Source: Sphaerodactylus townsendi
Taxonomy: Eukaryota
DNA length: 64,000 bases
Assembly (NCBI RefSeq): GCF_021028975.2
Contig: NC_059428.1
Coordinates: 41,974,001 to 42,038,000, forward strand
Direction: 5' to 3'
A program made the position numbers and the translations under genes. The notes below the pieces were generated by a model. The model made no database searches, was not told the DNA's origin, and saw only the letters and a list, made by a program, of their open reading frames with translations. Of this stretch, positions 52,138-64,000 are shown one piece after another. Numbering within the stretch: the stretch's first letter is position 1; every line of letters begins with the position of its first letter.

Positions 52138-54663
52138 TTAAATGTCCTGGTACAGGAGGTCAAATTTAGGAATATTCTTAGGATCAATTGGACTTTGGAC
52201 AATGAGTTTTCCACGCATTGCTCCACGGTAAATCACTTCAATCAAATCTATGAAGTCTTGTTTTGTTTTGAAACTTCCAATGAATTTAGTATGATCTGGT
52301 GATCTATGGAAGAAAGAAAAGCAAGTGACGTGATTATTAATACGCAGTTTATATTCCGAAACGCTTATGACTCAAAATGTGATGAACACTTTATGGTTTG
52401 CTCTTCAAAATTCTTTAAACACACGATCTTGATGTAATCTTTATAAAACAGCCCTGTAAGATTAGTCAGTATTATTTCCATATTGCTGGGGTAGGAGTGA
52501 GTAGAAGTGACTTGCCTAAGGCCACTTAATGAATTATTGGCAGAAGTAAGACAGGTTGCACCTCATTCTCTTCACCAGTCCAATCAGTAATTGGTTAGCC
52601 TTTTAAGGAGTCAGGACACTCCTAAGAACAGCCCTGGTGGATCTGACCAAATGTCCATGTAGCCCATCATCCTGTTTTTGGAAATGTCCAACCCAATGCT
52701 TCTAGAAAGCACGTAACACAACGGTTAGCTACAGGCATCTTGCCTCTGAAGCATGATGTTCCTTCCATAAAGCTATCAGGGCCAATAGCTATTGATAAAT
52801 CTAACATCTTGGAATTTGTCTACTCCCCTTTTATAATCAGTGGTCATATTTATGGCAATAAATTCCATATTTATTTTTTTGCTGTATGAAACATTCTCTT
52901 TCGTCTGTCCTGAATCTACAGCCAATCAATTTCAGTGGGATACCTCCAGCTCTAAAAGTATGAGAAAAACATCTTTAGACACAATTTCTCCACTGTGCCT
53001 CCCAGCGTTCCCTCTGCTAAACCAAAGAAAATACAAATGTGTTAGTTTTATTTGTAAAGAAGTGGTCTAGTTACTCTTACTATTTATTGCTGCTCCATAT
53101 ACATTGTGTGTGTGTACACAGAGACACATATACTGCTCTTCCAGAATTATTTTATTTAGTCAAGTTATGGGTTAAACTATTTTGAATAGCGACAATATTA
53201 CTCTTATAATAAATCACACCTCTTCCAATTTTGCCACTGGGCTTCTATGTGTCTAAGCATCATAAATGACCTCTTTGATACTAAGCAGGGTTGCCAGTAG
53301 TTGGAATAAACACATACAAAGCTACTTACCCATAATCCACTTTCATATGCTGCCCATTGAAGAAGAAGACTGTCGATGGAATATAACTGATGTCAAAGTA
53401 CTGGGTGTATACTGGCACCTTGTTTACATCCACCAAATAAATTGTAGCCATTTTACTTAAGTCATGAGCTGTTTTTGAAAGCTGCAAAAATTTTAGAAGG
53501 AAAGTTAATATTATATCTGATATAAGAAGCAGGATCTTAAGATAGTTACACCAATTTTCAGTTAACTGTTGAAAGTAAGATGAGAATTAAAAGTGCAATG
53601 CAACTGCCTTGTGAAGTTTGGGGAGGAGCATGAAATGACGCATAACTTCAATACATAAGGATAATGGTTGTATACTTTGGTGCTGTCAGATTGTATAATT
53701 AAGGCTGAGATGGTAATGGCTTGGATTGTCACACACTTATTTGACTCTGTTTCATTCATTTTATATTGATTCTGTTTTGTTGTGGTGACACAAGTCTCTA
53801 CTTATACCATGGCAGCTGTGCTAGCATAATTCTCCAGTTGTCACACACATTACAAGTTCCAATTTGAATTGGACAGCTCCCAATCAAATGCATGGAATTG
53901 CAATATTCACAATTTTTCTGCTATATGCCAACATGTTTTTGGATTGTATGTTTTAAGGGGGCTTTTAACTCCATTATCTAAGTCGCCCTGGGACTTTGGT
54001 GTAGGGCGGGGTATAAATGGAATAAACAAACAAACAAGGCCTGGAGTTTATTCCACCCACAGAAGTTATTTGACAACACTAATGGAACTAGGAATTCATT
54101 ACTGTGGGCAGGCATATACAGTGTAATAGGCCTTGCTCCTAAATTTGAGCATGCTTACCCCCATATTTAAAGGCTGCTTATATCAGTATAAATACTTTAA
54201 AAGTAGTAGTTAGCATTGTTTAAACACCCATAGCAATTTCGAATTCGAAAATTTCCAGTACCCACAGAAAAAAACCACAAAACAGATTCAGTACAACTCT
54301 TCCGTGAATGCCCTACGGAAGTATAGGCAAAGAAAACTTATTGTAAGAAACCATAAACGAACACAGAGGGGGATGAGTAAATAAGCCCTTCACTCTACAT
54401 TTTAACATTTTAAAATTGGACGGGGGTAGAAAATTATTCTCGGGAAAAGTTTAATTCTGTACAGCATGACAAATACGAATTACATGCAAAACACCCACTG
54501 TGGCGATCAACAGAAGAAAACATCTGCTCACAATATCATCCAGCTGTAAACAGACAAGATCCTCATCCCTGCCAAAGCGAAGCACCAGGACTTTCTCGGC
54601 CACGCTCTTGATGGCCTCGTCTACTTTCTTTTTGCTGCTCAGTTTAGGTAACAGGAAGCTCAT
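52138..54663 (-). CDS. TXNL4B: Thioredoxin-like 4B (Dim2), 149 aa; exons 54532-54663, 53330-53481, 52138-52303
   Basis: [33 protein letters not shown]..., [13 protein letters not shown]|[25 protein letters not shown]...LYQDI*; canonical splice sites; 132+152+166 = 450 nt. Confidence 0.97.
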
Positions 54664-55050
54664 GACGACTCAGACTGGAAGCGCCAGTCACACTCCCCAC
54701 ATAGCCCCGCGAAGCGAACAGCGCCCCTTACAATCTTAACGCATGCGCATAACCCCCTGACGACCACTGGAAGGGAACAATCGCACAGCTTCCCCTCGGC
54801 GCCCACTTGGCCGGTCAGTTCTAGCGCCGAATGATTGGCGGGGTAGCTCTCCTATCAGGGCCAACCCCCGCCAGCGGCTCTCAAAGGTTTCCTCAGCAAG
54901 GCGTAATTTGTGAGGTGCGCGGCCATCTAGTCGATCGTAACTTCCGGAAAATGCCCGGCTCCAGGTTCCGGCCGGAAAGTGATCGGGGTTGCTCCCTGGC
55001 ATGCGTGGTGTGAGAAAGTGCGTGGCTTCAGTTTCTTTAGGTGAGTGTTC
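54590..55050. promoter_or_regulatory. Bidirectional CpG-island promoter of TXNL4B and TRMT10C; TRMT10C non-coding exon 1 donor at 55040|GTGAGT
   Basis: CpG-rich; NRF1-like CGCATGCGCA near 54740; CCAAT (ATTGG) near 54834; ETS/GABP-like CTTCCGGAAA and TTCCGGCCGGAAAG at 54940-54980. Confidence 0.82.
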
Positions 55051-58000
55051 GGAAATGGGAGAGTGGAAACCAGACCGTTAGTGTTCACGTTTTCAAAATG
55101 GTAGGCTTTAGACCCGAGAGAGACTCCCACACATAGGCAGTACTGAGTGTATTTCATCAGCTGCTTGGCGTGCTGCGAGAGACCGCATGAGGCCGTTGCA
55201 TTGCATAGATCACCTGAAAAAAGTTCTGGTCATTTGTTAAGTAGAACGGTTATTTGCCAGCTTACTTCCCTCCTTTTAATTGCCAACTTGATAGTACCAG
55301 GTATTCCAGTGGAGCCAAAAAATAGGACCATCCAAAGAAGGTGGAAATATAGCCCCCTGTCGTTTGAATGTTGTTTTAACTTAACACACACCCGCATCAC
55401 CATGGCCCAACTAGCACTAGTATGCTGGCTTCTGCAGGGAGCCATAGAATGTTGTAACTGGCTGAGTGTAAGCAGAAAAAACTTAAAATAGACAGGAAAG
55501 AGAATTTGCTTAGTGGAATTTCTAACAACCTTTAAAGTGTCCTGGAATGGGATATTCTTGTCCAGCGAGGAATTAATCTCTTGTCACTAATTCTCTGCAC
55601 TCACTCATTCCTAGTTCAGAATTTTTAAGTCTTTTAAGGATTCTTATACAACTCAGTCACTGGGAGCAGAATTTATTAGGCTTGAAGGAAAAAGTAGCAA
55701 TAATCCCCTGTCCCATTCCCCATGTGGTGTGGGAATGGGTGATAAAAATGCACCTCTCCTGTACTGTATCACTCATGTTCCTGAGTTCATGAACTCATGT
55801 TCATGAGCTACATGAGTTTTCTGCTCATGTAGACTCAAACTTAATCACTACAGGGTATTTACAATACAACACTAGACCATATGAGTTGTAAAAGTAGGTG
55901 GCTGTGACACTATTTATCTGCTTCCACAATCTTCTGCTATTGTACTGTTAGGGAGCCTGAATCCCCATTTGTTTTTCCCTCTCCCGCAAAGACCTCCAAC
56001 TTATTCTTTTTAAATAGGTAATAGCATGTAAACTAAAAGTCTTAATGTTTGCTAAGTGTGAGAGAATGGGAAAAATGTGAAGGGAAGGGCCAGATACGGA
56101 TCACAAAGCAACATAGAGATTGTTAATTTGTAGCCAGACGTGTTTATGCTAATTTGATCCAAAGGATCAAGGTGAGAAATAACATGCCAAGGCTAAAAAC
56201 ACATTAAGTAAATAAGCTACATAGCTGGTTGCTTTATTATGAATGGACAGTGAAATAGAGAACTATTAACAATTATCAAACTGCCTCCCAACTTATGAAA
56301 CATCCATGCCTTAACATACGGCAGCCTTCTCTTTAAAGCAGGCTACTATCTTTGCACATCCATTTTCATTTATTTCACTATGTATTAGTTCCCCCTGACT
56401 TTCTTCCAGCACACCATTCAATATCCTTACATATAGAATAATCACATACAGCACTTTTTAGTCAGGGAAGTGAATGAGTTTGTATGTTGCATTGAGACTC
56501 TTTGTAAATAAGTAGGTTGATCTGTAAAATTTAATGCTAGAGACAGAGAACCTTGATTCCATCCATTTACAGAGAAACAAATTAATAAAGAATCCATTGT
56601 GTGATTATTTAATAATAAGTAAGGAAGCAAAGCATTTTCGTAAAGAAAAAGACATAGGTGGGGATAAAGGAGACTGCATTGTTTGATGTGAAAACATTTT
56701 CACACAGTGAATTAGCTGAATTTTCTAATTATTTGTAAGAGTTACATAAGATGCGTAGCTGCTGTGTAGTTCAGAGAGCCGCTCATTATGATATTGTATA
56801 TCTGAGCTTATTGTAAGGAAGGGGAGGTCACTGTGTTCTATTTCTATTAAATTTGTCATTGAAACCACATAGAGCTATTTTTAAATGCCATTTTTCTTTT
56901 AGGAACCATGCCTTGCAAAGCCAAGATAATATATCTGTCTTCTAGCAAACGACCCGAATAAAAAAGTAAAAGGTAACTCAGATATTCTCTGCATCTTGTT
57001 TCTTTTTCATTTGTAGTTTTATCTCATGTAACTTGAAGCACATGATCCACCTTCAGGAATGATTTCATTTTTGCTTCATGTTTTGGAATGGATTATTGTT
57101 AAACTGCCGTTGTAAATTAAGATGTCTGCAAAGGACGAGCTGGTATTGTACTGACTGGTCTGTGTAGGCAAGGGTTTATCACATTAATGTGCTTAAGAAC
57201 TGTGAGACATCTCTTCAAATATCTGTGCTGAGTTTCCATTCCTCTACATGATCTGCATAAATTCTTATGAATATCTTTAAAGCATAGTACTATTTTGCCT
57301 GTTAACTGTCCTAATCCTTAATTATTTTCACTTATAGACGGCCTTTCTCACTGGGGCTCAATGTGGATTACAAGTATGACAGAACTATTCTGTCAATCAA
57401 TAAACCAATTACAAAATATGATTCCATTTAAATGATAACATTTGAATCTTAATATCAGAGATTCCTAGTTAAGCAATGTAATGCAGTGGAGTTGGGATTG
57501 GATTGAAGAACTGAAAGGGAAAAAAATCACACTAATATAGGTCATGGATCTTGCTGATCCATTGCACCGCATCTGTACTCCCTCTACATGAATGCTTCCC
57601 TGAACAATTCTGTGTTTTCACATTTTTCTATAAAACAAGCATGGCAAGCCTTCCTACTAGCCTCAGGCAAACCATTTTCATAATGTGGAAGCCACCACAG
57701 AGAATGCATGTGAGTCGGTAGATGTCCATTTTACCTGTTTGCAGGGTGGCAGCTCCAGAAGGCCTTTCTCTGAGGTATCGCAATGGACTGTAGCAAGAGA
57801 GATAAGAGTTGTGGATCCAATATCATTAGAGATTTTTAATGTGATTGTTGCAACCCTGATTTGGACCCAGTAACTGATTAGCAACCGGTGGGGTGTCTGC
57901 ACAGTGGCAGTAATATGAAGATTCCACTTAGCACACAATTGTAGCTAGGCTGCAATGTTCTGTGCCAACTGGATTTTCTGAGTTGTCTTTAAGGAGCTGA

Positions 58001-58365
58001 CACACACATAGCGCATTACAGTCGTCTAGCCTCATGTGGATCCATATGGCCAAGTCGGACAAATCAGAGTAGGGGCCACTTTTAACCTTAGTGGAATTGG
58101 CAGAATGCCTTTTTTGCAGATGCAGCAGCTTACTTCTCCAGCAGTAAATTAGATGCAGACTTGGCCATGCTGACAGGGGCTGATGGTAATTGTAGTCCTT
58201 GAACATATGGAGAACTGCAAGTTGCAGACCCTTGCCCTAGCGTCTTAACCAAGTCAGCAAGGGGTAGATGGACTTCATCAAAAGTGGGGAGCTTCATATC
58301 CTTTAGGCCTCAGCCTTTCTAGTCAGCATTACCTCCATGTAGTCCGGCTTCAGTTTCATCTTGTG

Positions 58366-58655
58366 CCAGAGTGGCATAGTGGTTAAGACCGGTACACTCT
58401 AATCTGGAGAAGCAGGTTTGATTCCCCACTCTGCCACTTGAGCTGTGGAGGCTTATTTGAGGAACTAGATTAGCTTATGCACTCCAACACATGCCAGCTG
58501 GGTGACCTTGGGCTAGTTACAGTTCTTCCAAGCCCCATCAGCCCCACTCACCTCACAGGGTGTTTGTTGTGCCTGGGTGGGGGGGGAATGAGATTGTAAA
58601 TCCATTGAGTCTCCTTATAGGAGAGAAAGCGGGGACATTAATCCAACTCTTTCTT
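58366..58655 (+). mobile_element. Same SINE family, plus strand
   Basis: GTGGCATAGTGGTTAAGA...GGTTTGATTCCCCACTC...GAGAGAAAGCGGGGACATTAATCCAACTC. Confidence 0.8.
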
Positions 58656-59549
58656 AGCCATTCAACTACAACAGGTATTGGTTCAGACACTCTGCAGCAT
58701 AACCATGTGATTTGAATAAAGAAATATAGAGCTGGGTATCATAACCATATTGGTGGCACCCCCATGCCAAATCCACAAATGATTCCTCCCAAGAAATGAT
58801 TTCTCACATATCTATTGAATAACATGAGGTCAAGCCTGAAAGTAGACTGACAGATGATTTATCCAGAAATACCTGAAGTTGCTCTGCAACCACTTTTTCT
58901 GACATTTTGCCCAGGAAGGCAAAAATGCTAGAAAAGAGGAGACAGAGCAATAGTTGACCACAGTTTTTCTTTAGCAGTGTTTTTTTAAGTAATAGGCAAA
59001 TGGCCGCCTGTTTTAAGGCATAATTAAATGTGCCAAGTCAGTGACTGATTTATGATGGCTGTTGGAGACTTTACATGTTTTAAATATTCTGGTCAAATCC
59101 ACATGGGGTGGGTTCCACAGTTTCCAGCATCCTGGCTATTCCCGCCATAGTAACCAGCTCATAGTGATCCAGCAAGGGAATGGAAAGGGGTTTATCTTAG
59201 CTGTATTATCATTATCACCAGTATCCAAATCAATGTATTTGAGAGACTGTCTCAGCAAAGAGCTTTGCAAAAACATCACAGCCAATTGCCATGGCTTTCT
59301 TACAGCCCATTACCTTCATTCTAGCAGTCTTAGCTGCATTCTTAAAGAGTTTCATCCATGGTTCCTTGAGGTATTGCAAGGCCTGAATATGCATTTTAAT
59401 TGGGGATGCTTATTAAGAGGCATATATATTTCTGTTGTAATATTTTATGATAAGTTTGGAAGCAGTTCCATCATTGCTTATGTCTGCTAATTTGCAATTG
59501 TCTTTCTATATAAAGTTGCAGGTAACTGTTGGACACCACATTTTCAAAC

Positions 59550-60830
59550 ATGAACATTTTCAACAAGCATCTGTTTCATGCTGTTAGAAGACTAGCATTT
59601 TCTTCAGCTGTACAAGATGTGATAAAAAGGAGGTTATTCTTTATGAAGCCTTGCAAAGTCGTTACTTGTAGAACATTTGTTTTGTCTCCTTTGCTGAATA
59701 AGGATTCATCATCAGCCAGTGAAAAATTAGATTTGGATGGATGGAAACATGTCATGCGATCTGTGCCACAAGAAGAAACCAGTGAGGAAACATCAGGGGA
59801 TGACAGTGACTCCAATTTAGCAGCTACTAGGGAACTTATTGAGATGTGGAGACTGTTGGGTAAAGCTGTTCCAGAACATATCAGTGAAGAACAATTCAAA
59901 ACCTTAATGGAATATCCTACAAAGACTTCCAAAAGGAAATATTTGAAATTCTTGGCTATAAAGGAACGTGTAAAGAGAACCCAGAAAGAAAAGCAAGAAA
60001 AACAAAAGCAAGTGAGGGAGGAAGAGAAACGAAAAGCTTATGAAAATAATAGCAGTGAGCCAAGGAATACATTTTTGATGAAGTTTTGGTCCAGGTCTGA
60101 GGACACTTTCTTCCACTGGAGAGCTGCTCAGTCTATGATCTTTGGTCATCCTCTGGTATTTGATATGGCCTATGAAAATTATATGTCACCCAGAGAAATG
60201 GAAAATGCAGTGAAACAGATGATGGAATCTGAAGGGATCAATCGTAAAGCTATGGATCCATTTCACTTGCATTATTGTAATCTCAAAACAGATGGTCCTT
60301 ATCACAAAATGTTTATCAAACGCTATGGAGAAGCATGGGATAAGTTGTTTGTGACAGTGACAGAAAAGAGTCATGTTGAAGTCTTCCCACAAGATCAGCT
60401 TGTCTATTTAACTGCTGATTCCCCTAATATAATGAAAACGTTTGAGCATGATAAAATCTATATAATTGGATCTCTGGTTGACAAGTCAATACAGAAAGGC
60501 ATCTCTCTCGCCCAAGCAAAACGGCTGAATTTGGCAACAGCACGGCTTCCTTTGGACCAATACTTGGAGTGGGAGGAAGGTGCCAAAAACCTTACTTTAG
60601 ACCAAATGATGGCAATCTTAACGACTCTGAGAGATACTGGGGACTGGATGAAAGCTTTGCAGTTTGTTCCAAAAAGAAAGCATTCAGGTTTTGTGGACCC
60701 TGCCTTGTATTCAAAGCATCAATTCACCATTGGGAAGAAAATGAAGATGACTGACCAAGGAAAGGCATGCAACCAGTTTGCAAAGAATTCCTTTACACGG
60801 CAAATCCAGAGAAAGTGGTGGGAAGATTAA
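59550..60830 (+). CDS. TRMT10C: tRNA methyltransferase 10C / mitochondrial RNase P subunit MRPP1, 426 aa from the first ATG, single coding exon
   Basis: Basic N-terminal mitochondrial-targeting-like segment; ATRELIEMWRLLG, WRAAQSMIFGHPLVFDM, VYLTADSPN, IYIIGSLVDK, ARLPLDQYLEW, LTLDQM, AL.FVPKRKH (SPOUT Trm10 domain). Confidence 0.98.
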   Translation: MNIFNKHLFHAVRRLAFSSAVQDVIKRRLFFMKPCKVVTCRTFVLSPLLNKDSSSASEKLDLDGWKHVMRSVPQEETSEETSGDDSDSNLAATRELIEMWRLLGKAVPEHISEEQFKTLMEYPTKTSKRKYLKFLAIKERVKRTQKEKQEKQKQVREEEKRKAYENNSSEPRNTFLMKFWSRSEDTFFHWRAAQSMIFGHPLVFDMAYENYMSPREMENAVKQMMESEGINRKAMDPFHLHYCNLKTDGPYHKMFIKRYGEAWDKLFVTVTEKSHVEVFPQDQLVYLTADSPNIMKTFEHDKIYIIGSLVDKSIQKGISLAQAKRLNLATARLPLDQYLEWEEGAKNLTLDQMMAILTTLRDTGDWMKALQFVPKRKHSGFVDPALYSKHQFTIGKKMKMTDQGKACNQFAKNSFTRQIQRKWWED

Positions 60831-63399
60831 TCTTAATAGGTTGCTCACCAAGTTATGAGTCCTGCAAGTTTTTAATTTAGCTTGAATGGGTTGATGTGCA
60901 TTTTATTACTTTAAAGAAATAATAGAGTAAGTCCATCCTTGTAATCAGCTTGAAAAACATGTGTGTATATGACCTATCTGGACTCTTAAAATTTGTTTAG
61001 AGCTTTCTGCAGTTGCTCAGAAGGGATTTTGCAACTCCTCCCTGCACTCCCTGCTACAAATAGATGCCTCCCTTGCTAATGCCATTCCCACCCAGATTCA
61101 GCAATAGTGCTTGCCTTTGTGAGTAAGCAGCACTGTCATAGGGATTGTAGTCCCAGTTCCAGTATTCCTGGTTATCTTTTCCAATCAGAATGGATTGAAA
61201 TTATAGTTTGGAATTAAGAGGTTAAGAAAATTATAAGGTGAAAAGTACTGCAGTTCTCATAAACACTGCAAGGAAGTAACAGCTGATATAGCCTAGCCTG
61301 CATTCAACAAGCTCTTGCTCATTGTTGGTTATTATTTTCCTTCCCCCTCCCCGCAAAGTAAGTTAGTTTCTCAGAAAGTGCCACTAGAAGTAGATCCTGT
61401 TTTGAATGAAGCCCGAATTTAAAGAACTCTGGTTCTGACTTGAAAATGGGTTGAGAATTTTTTTGAGTTGAACATTTGCATTAAAGCCACTTGCCCCATC
61501 TGAAATTTGCAAGCCTCTGAAATATTTCTGATGTTTCTTAATTGCATTTAAATCAGTGGAATTAATTTAATCATGTTCTTCAATACACTCACTGAAATGA
61601 GTGATGCTTGTCCATGGAATCAACAAATACCTTCTCTAATACCTTCTCTAATACCTTCTTTGCTCTTAATCATATCAAAGTATGACCATGTAAGCAAAGA
61701 CTGGCATTTCTGCGACATCCTACTGCTAGTTACAAGAGGGCAAAAGGCAAAATATAGTCTAAAATAATACCTTTGAGATGAGATCAGGAAAAAAAATGAT
61801 GCCAATAGCTATAACTTTCATGGCTTGAAAAAAGGTCCAAGTCTGTGGGAAGCCCCAATCTCAGCAAAATGCATGTGTCATTTTTTTTGGAGTACTTGTT
61901 ATGCTATATTACAAGTGTAGACCAACTGATAAATCAGCTGTTTTTCAGATGTCATGCTAGGGCCAGCTAGTGAGTACTGGTACTATGATCTGTGGCTACT
62001 TCAAACAGTTGTTGGACAGATGTTAAACAGTTGTCCAATAGTACAGATTTTCTAGTAAATTACAAATAGACTGATAAAGGAATTACATAAATGTAAATAT
62101 TGTGACATAAATGTTGAAAATAAATGCTGATTTGGTTAGGAGTTATAGTTTTATTGTCTCCTTTGTAAGAAGCTATATTTATAAACATCTCCCAAATTAA
62201 TAAAACATACTTCCATTGCCCTGATACAGCTTGTTTATAGTGATTTCCACTTTGTATACTTCAGCTTAAAGAAAATACTGAAGTGTGACTCAGAATGAGA
62301 ATTACACTTCTGCACTGCATGGACATGTAAAGTATTGAAGTTATGAAATAGACTTTAAAAAATCTTTAACATCTCTTATAATGTTGGGGCTTTACACAAG
62401 AAGAGTTTGGATTTATAATCAATCTCCCCCCCCCCCCCCCCCCCCGGGTCTCTCCTGTAAGGAGATGCAAAGGGTCTTACAAACTCCTTTCTCTTCCTCT
62501 TTTCACAAGAGACTCCTTGTGAGGTTGGTGGGGCTGAGGGAGTTCTGAGGGATAGATTTTTTATTGGGTAGGTTTGGGGGGCAGGGCCACACCCCCAATC
62601 ATCCCTGTGGTGGGCCACGCCTCCCCAAGGCCACCTCCAGCCTCAGTGCTTATACAAGCACCTCTCCCAGGCCAGGGATGGCAGACTCCCCTGCCCTGCC
62701 CCCTACCACGGGCTGGGCTTGCAGCCGGCAGTCCCTTTTGCCCTCCCTTCAGGCAGAGGTGTAGCTAGGGGAAATGAAGCCCAGTGCAAAATATGAGTTT
62801 TACACACATATACACACCCATGCACAGCCGCTGTGATACTGGAATCCCAAACAGCATCACTTTCAATAGTGTTTAGGGAGTCCAGATTCTCCTTTTAAAT
62901 CCACCTTAAAGGGAGAATCTGGTGTCCCCAGTTAAAACATTGAAAGTGATGCTGTTTTGGGGTGGATTCTCCCCCACCCTGAAGTAGCATCACTTTCAAT
63001 GTTTAAACTGGGGACCTCAGAGACTCCCTTTAAATCCATGCCAAAGGGGTGGATTTAAAAGGAGAATCTGGGGAAATGTGGGGAGTGCCTGCTGTCAGGG
63101 GTGCAATTGTTAAGCTAGCAGCACCAAACTTTCAGGGATCTTTAGGAGACTCTCCTGATGATACCACCCAGGTTTGGTGAAGTTTGGTTTAGGGGGTCCA
63201 AAGTTATGGACCCTGAAAAGTGGGGTCCAAAGTTATGGACCCCCCCCCTTCTTCTATTAGCTCCCTTTTTGTGCCACTGCCAGTCATTTCTTCTTAGCCT
63301 GGCCCACCTGCAAGACTTCTAAGGCCAAAATGAGCACTCTAAATTCCTTGAAGGAAGGGCAAAGATAATCCTATCAACAGGAATGCTATTCCTAAATGA

Positions 63400-63860
63400 A
63401 AACTCCGCTTTAAAAAAATCAGCTTCGTAATCAATGCGTAATTTATCCTGACGTCATTAATTCCCATTGTACTCCGTAGAGTTCAATCCCAGTCAGTCAC
63501 GCAGGACTGCAGCACCGGTGGCTTTATTAAAGATTCGTTATGTGGCAAGTGGCGGAATTTTCTTAAAACGTCCTGGTATTTTAATTAAAAAATGGAGGAA
63601 TGCGGGCAGCTAATCAATATATAGCCCAACAGCCTACACATCGGCTCTGCGACTGCTACTTAACATAATAAAACCACCGGAATTTACGCACATCCCAGGA
63701 GCCAGATTACTCTGAACGCGCAGGTTATAGACGTATAAGAGACGCCATGAAAACAAATCCTCCCCGCCCCGCTTTTTTTGCTGAGACGCCTGAGTGACTG
63801 CAAGGCGCATGCGCGAGACTCACAAGCAAGGTGGAGGCGGCGGGGGAAAATGGCGGACGG
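63400..63860 (+). promoter_or_regulatory. PCNP CpG-island promoter
   Basis: CRE TGACGTCA near 63449; GC box CCCCGCCCC near 63762; NRF1 GCGCATGCGC near 63805; YY1 AAAATGGCG overlapping the ATG. Confidence 0.8.
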
Positions 63861-63904
63861 CAAGGGGGACGATGAGAAGCCGAAGCGACCGCAACTTGAT
63901 GGAG
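63850..63904 (+). CDS. PCNP: PEST proteolytic signal-containing nuclear protein, first coding exon (MADGKGDDEKPKRPQLDG)
   Basis: Resembles human MADGKAGDEKPEK; donor GGAG|GTGAAC; CpG island; expected synteny after TRMT10C. Confidence 0.88.
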
Positions 63905-64000
63905 GTGAACACACTGCGTCACTATGCCTCCCCCCCCCCTTCCCTGCATGAGGGGCTCGAGGGGTGCTTGTGGGGAAGACTAGAACCCAGTTTAGAGGAC

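Noticed and set aside
59062-59490. 142-aa ORF upstream of TRMT10C
   Set aside because: Intronic; looks like the antisense of a decayed LINE fragment, with no coding signature
59529-59549. TTG start given by the ORF track for TRMT10C (and 48653 for FAM172B)
   Set aside because: Bacterial-style start calls; the in-frame ATG at 59550 and the spliced ATG at 47294 are more plausible

Overview
Vertebrate genomic DNA, almost certainly a squamate reptile and probably a gecko (inferred from the SINE, L2, CR1, RTE-X and hAT repeat landscape). The gene order is SENP7 (5' two-thirds, minus strand, 12 in-frame coding exons reconstructed) <- CpG island -> intact FAM172B/ARB2A-paralogue (plus; a pseudogene in human) -> <- TXNL4B (minus, 3 coding exons) <- bidirectional CpG promoter -> TRMT10C (plus, single coding exon) -> first exon of PCNP. 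The most unusual structure is a 10.2-kb nested retroelement stack at 36979-47145, which ends just upstream of the FAM172B start-codon exon. The host is a 5'-truncated RTE-X-like LINE with a 13-bp TSD. It contains a 5'-truncated L2 LINE and a 5.7-kb two-LTR provirus (6-bp TSD, tRNA-Phe PBS). The provirus has betaretrovirus-like gag, no recognisable RT, and a short env with an avian-leukosis-type ISD/CX6CC TM. The inner inserts are CpG-rich but full of small indels, which suggests unpolished long-read sequence of young elements rather than old decay. All calls were made by eye and from recalled protein sequences; no database searches were run.
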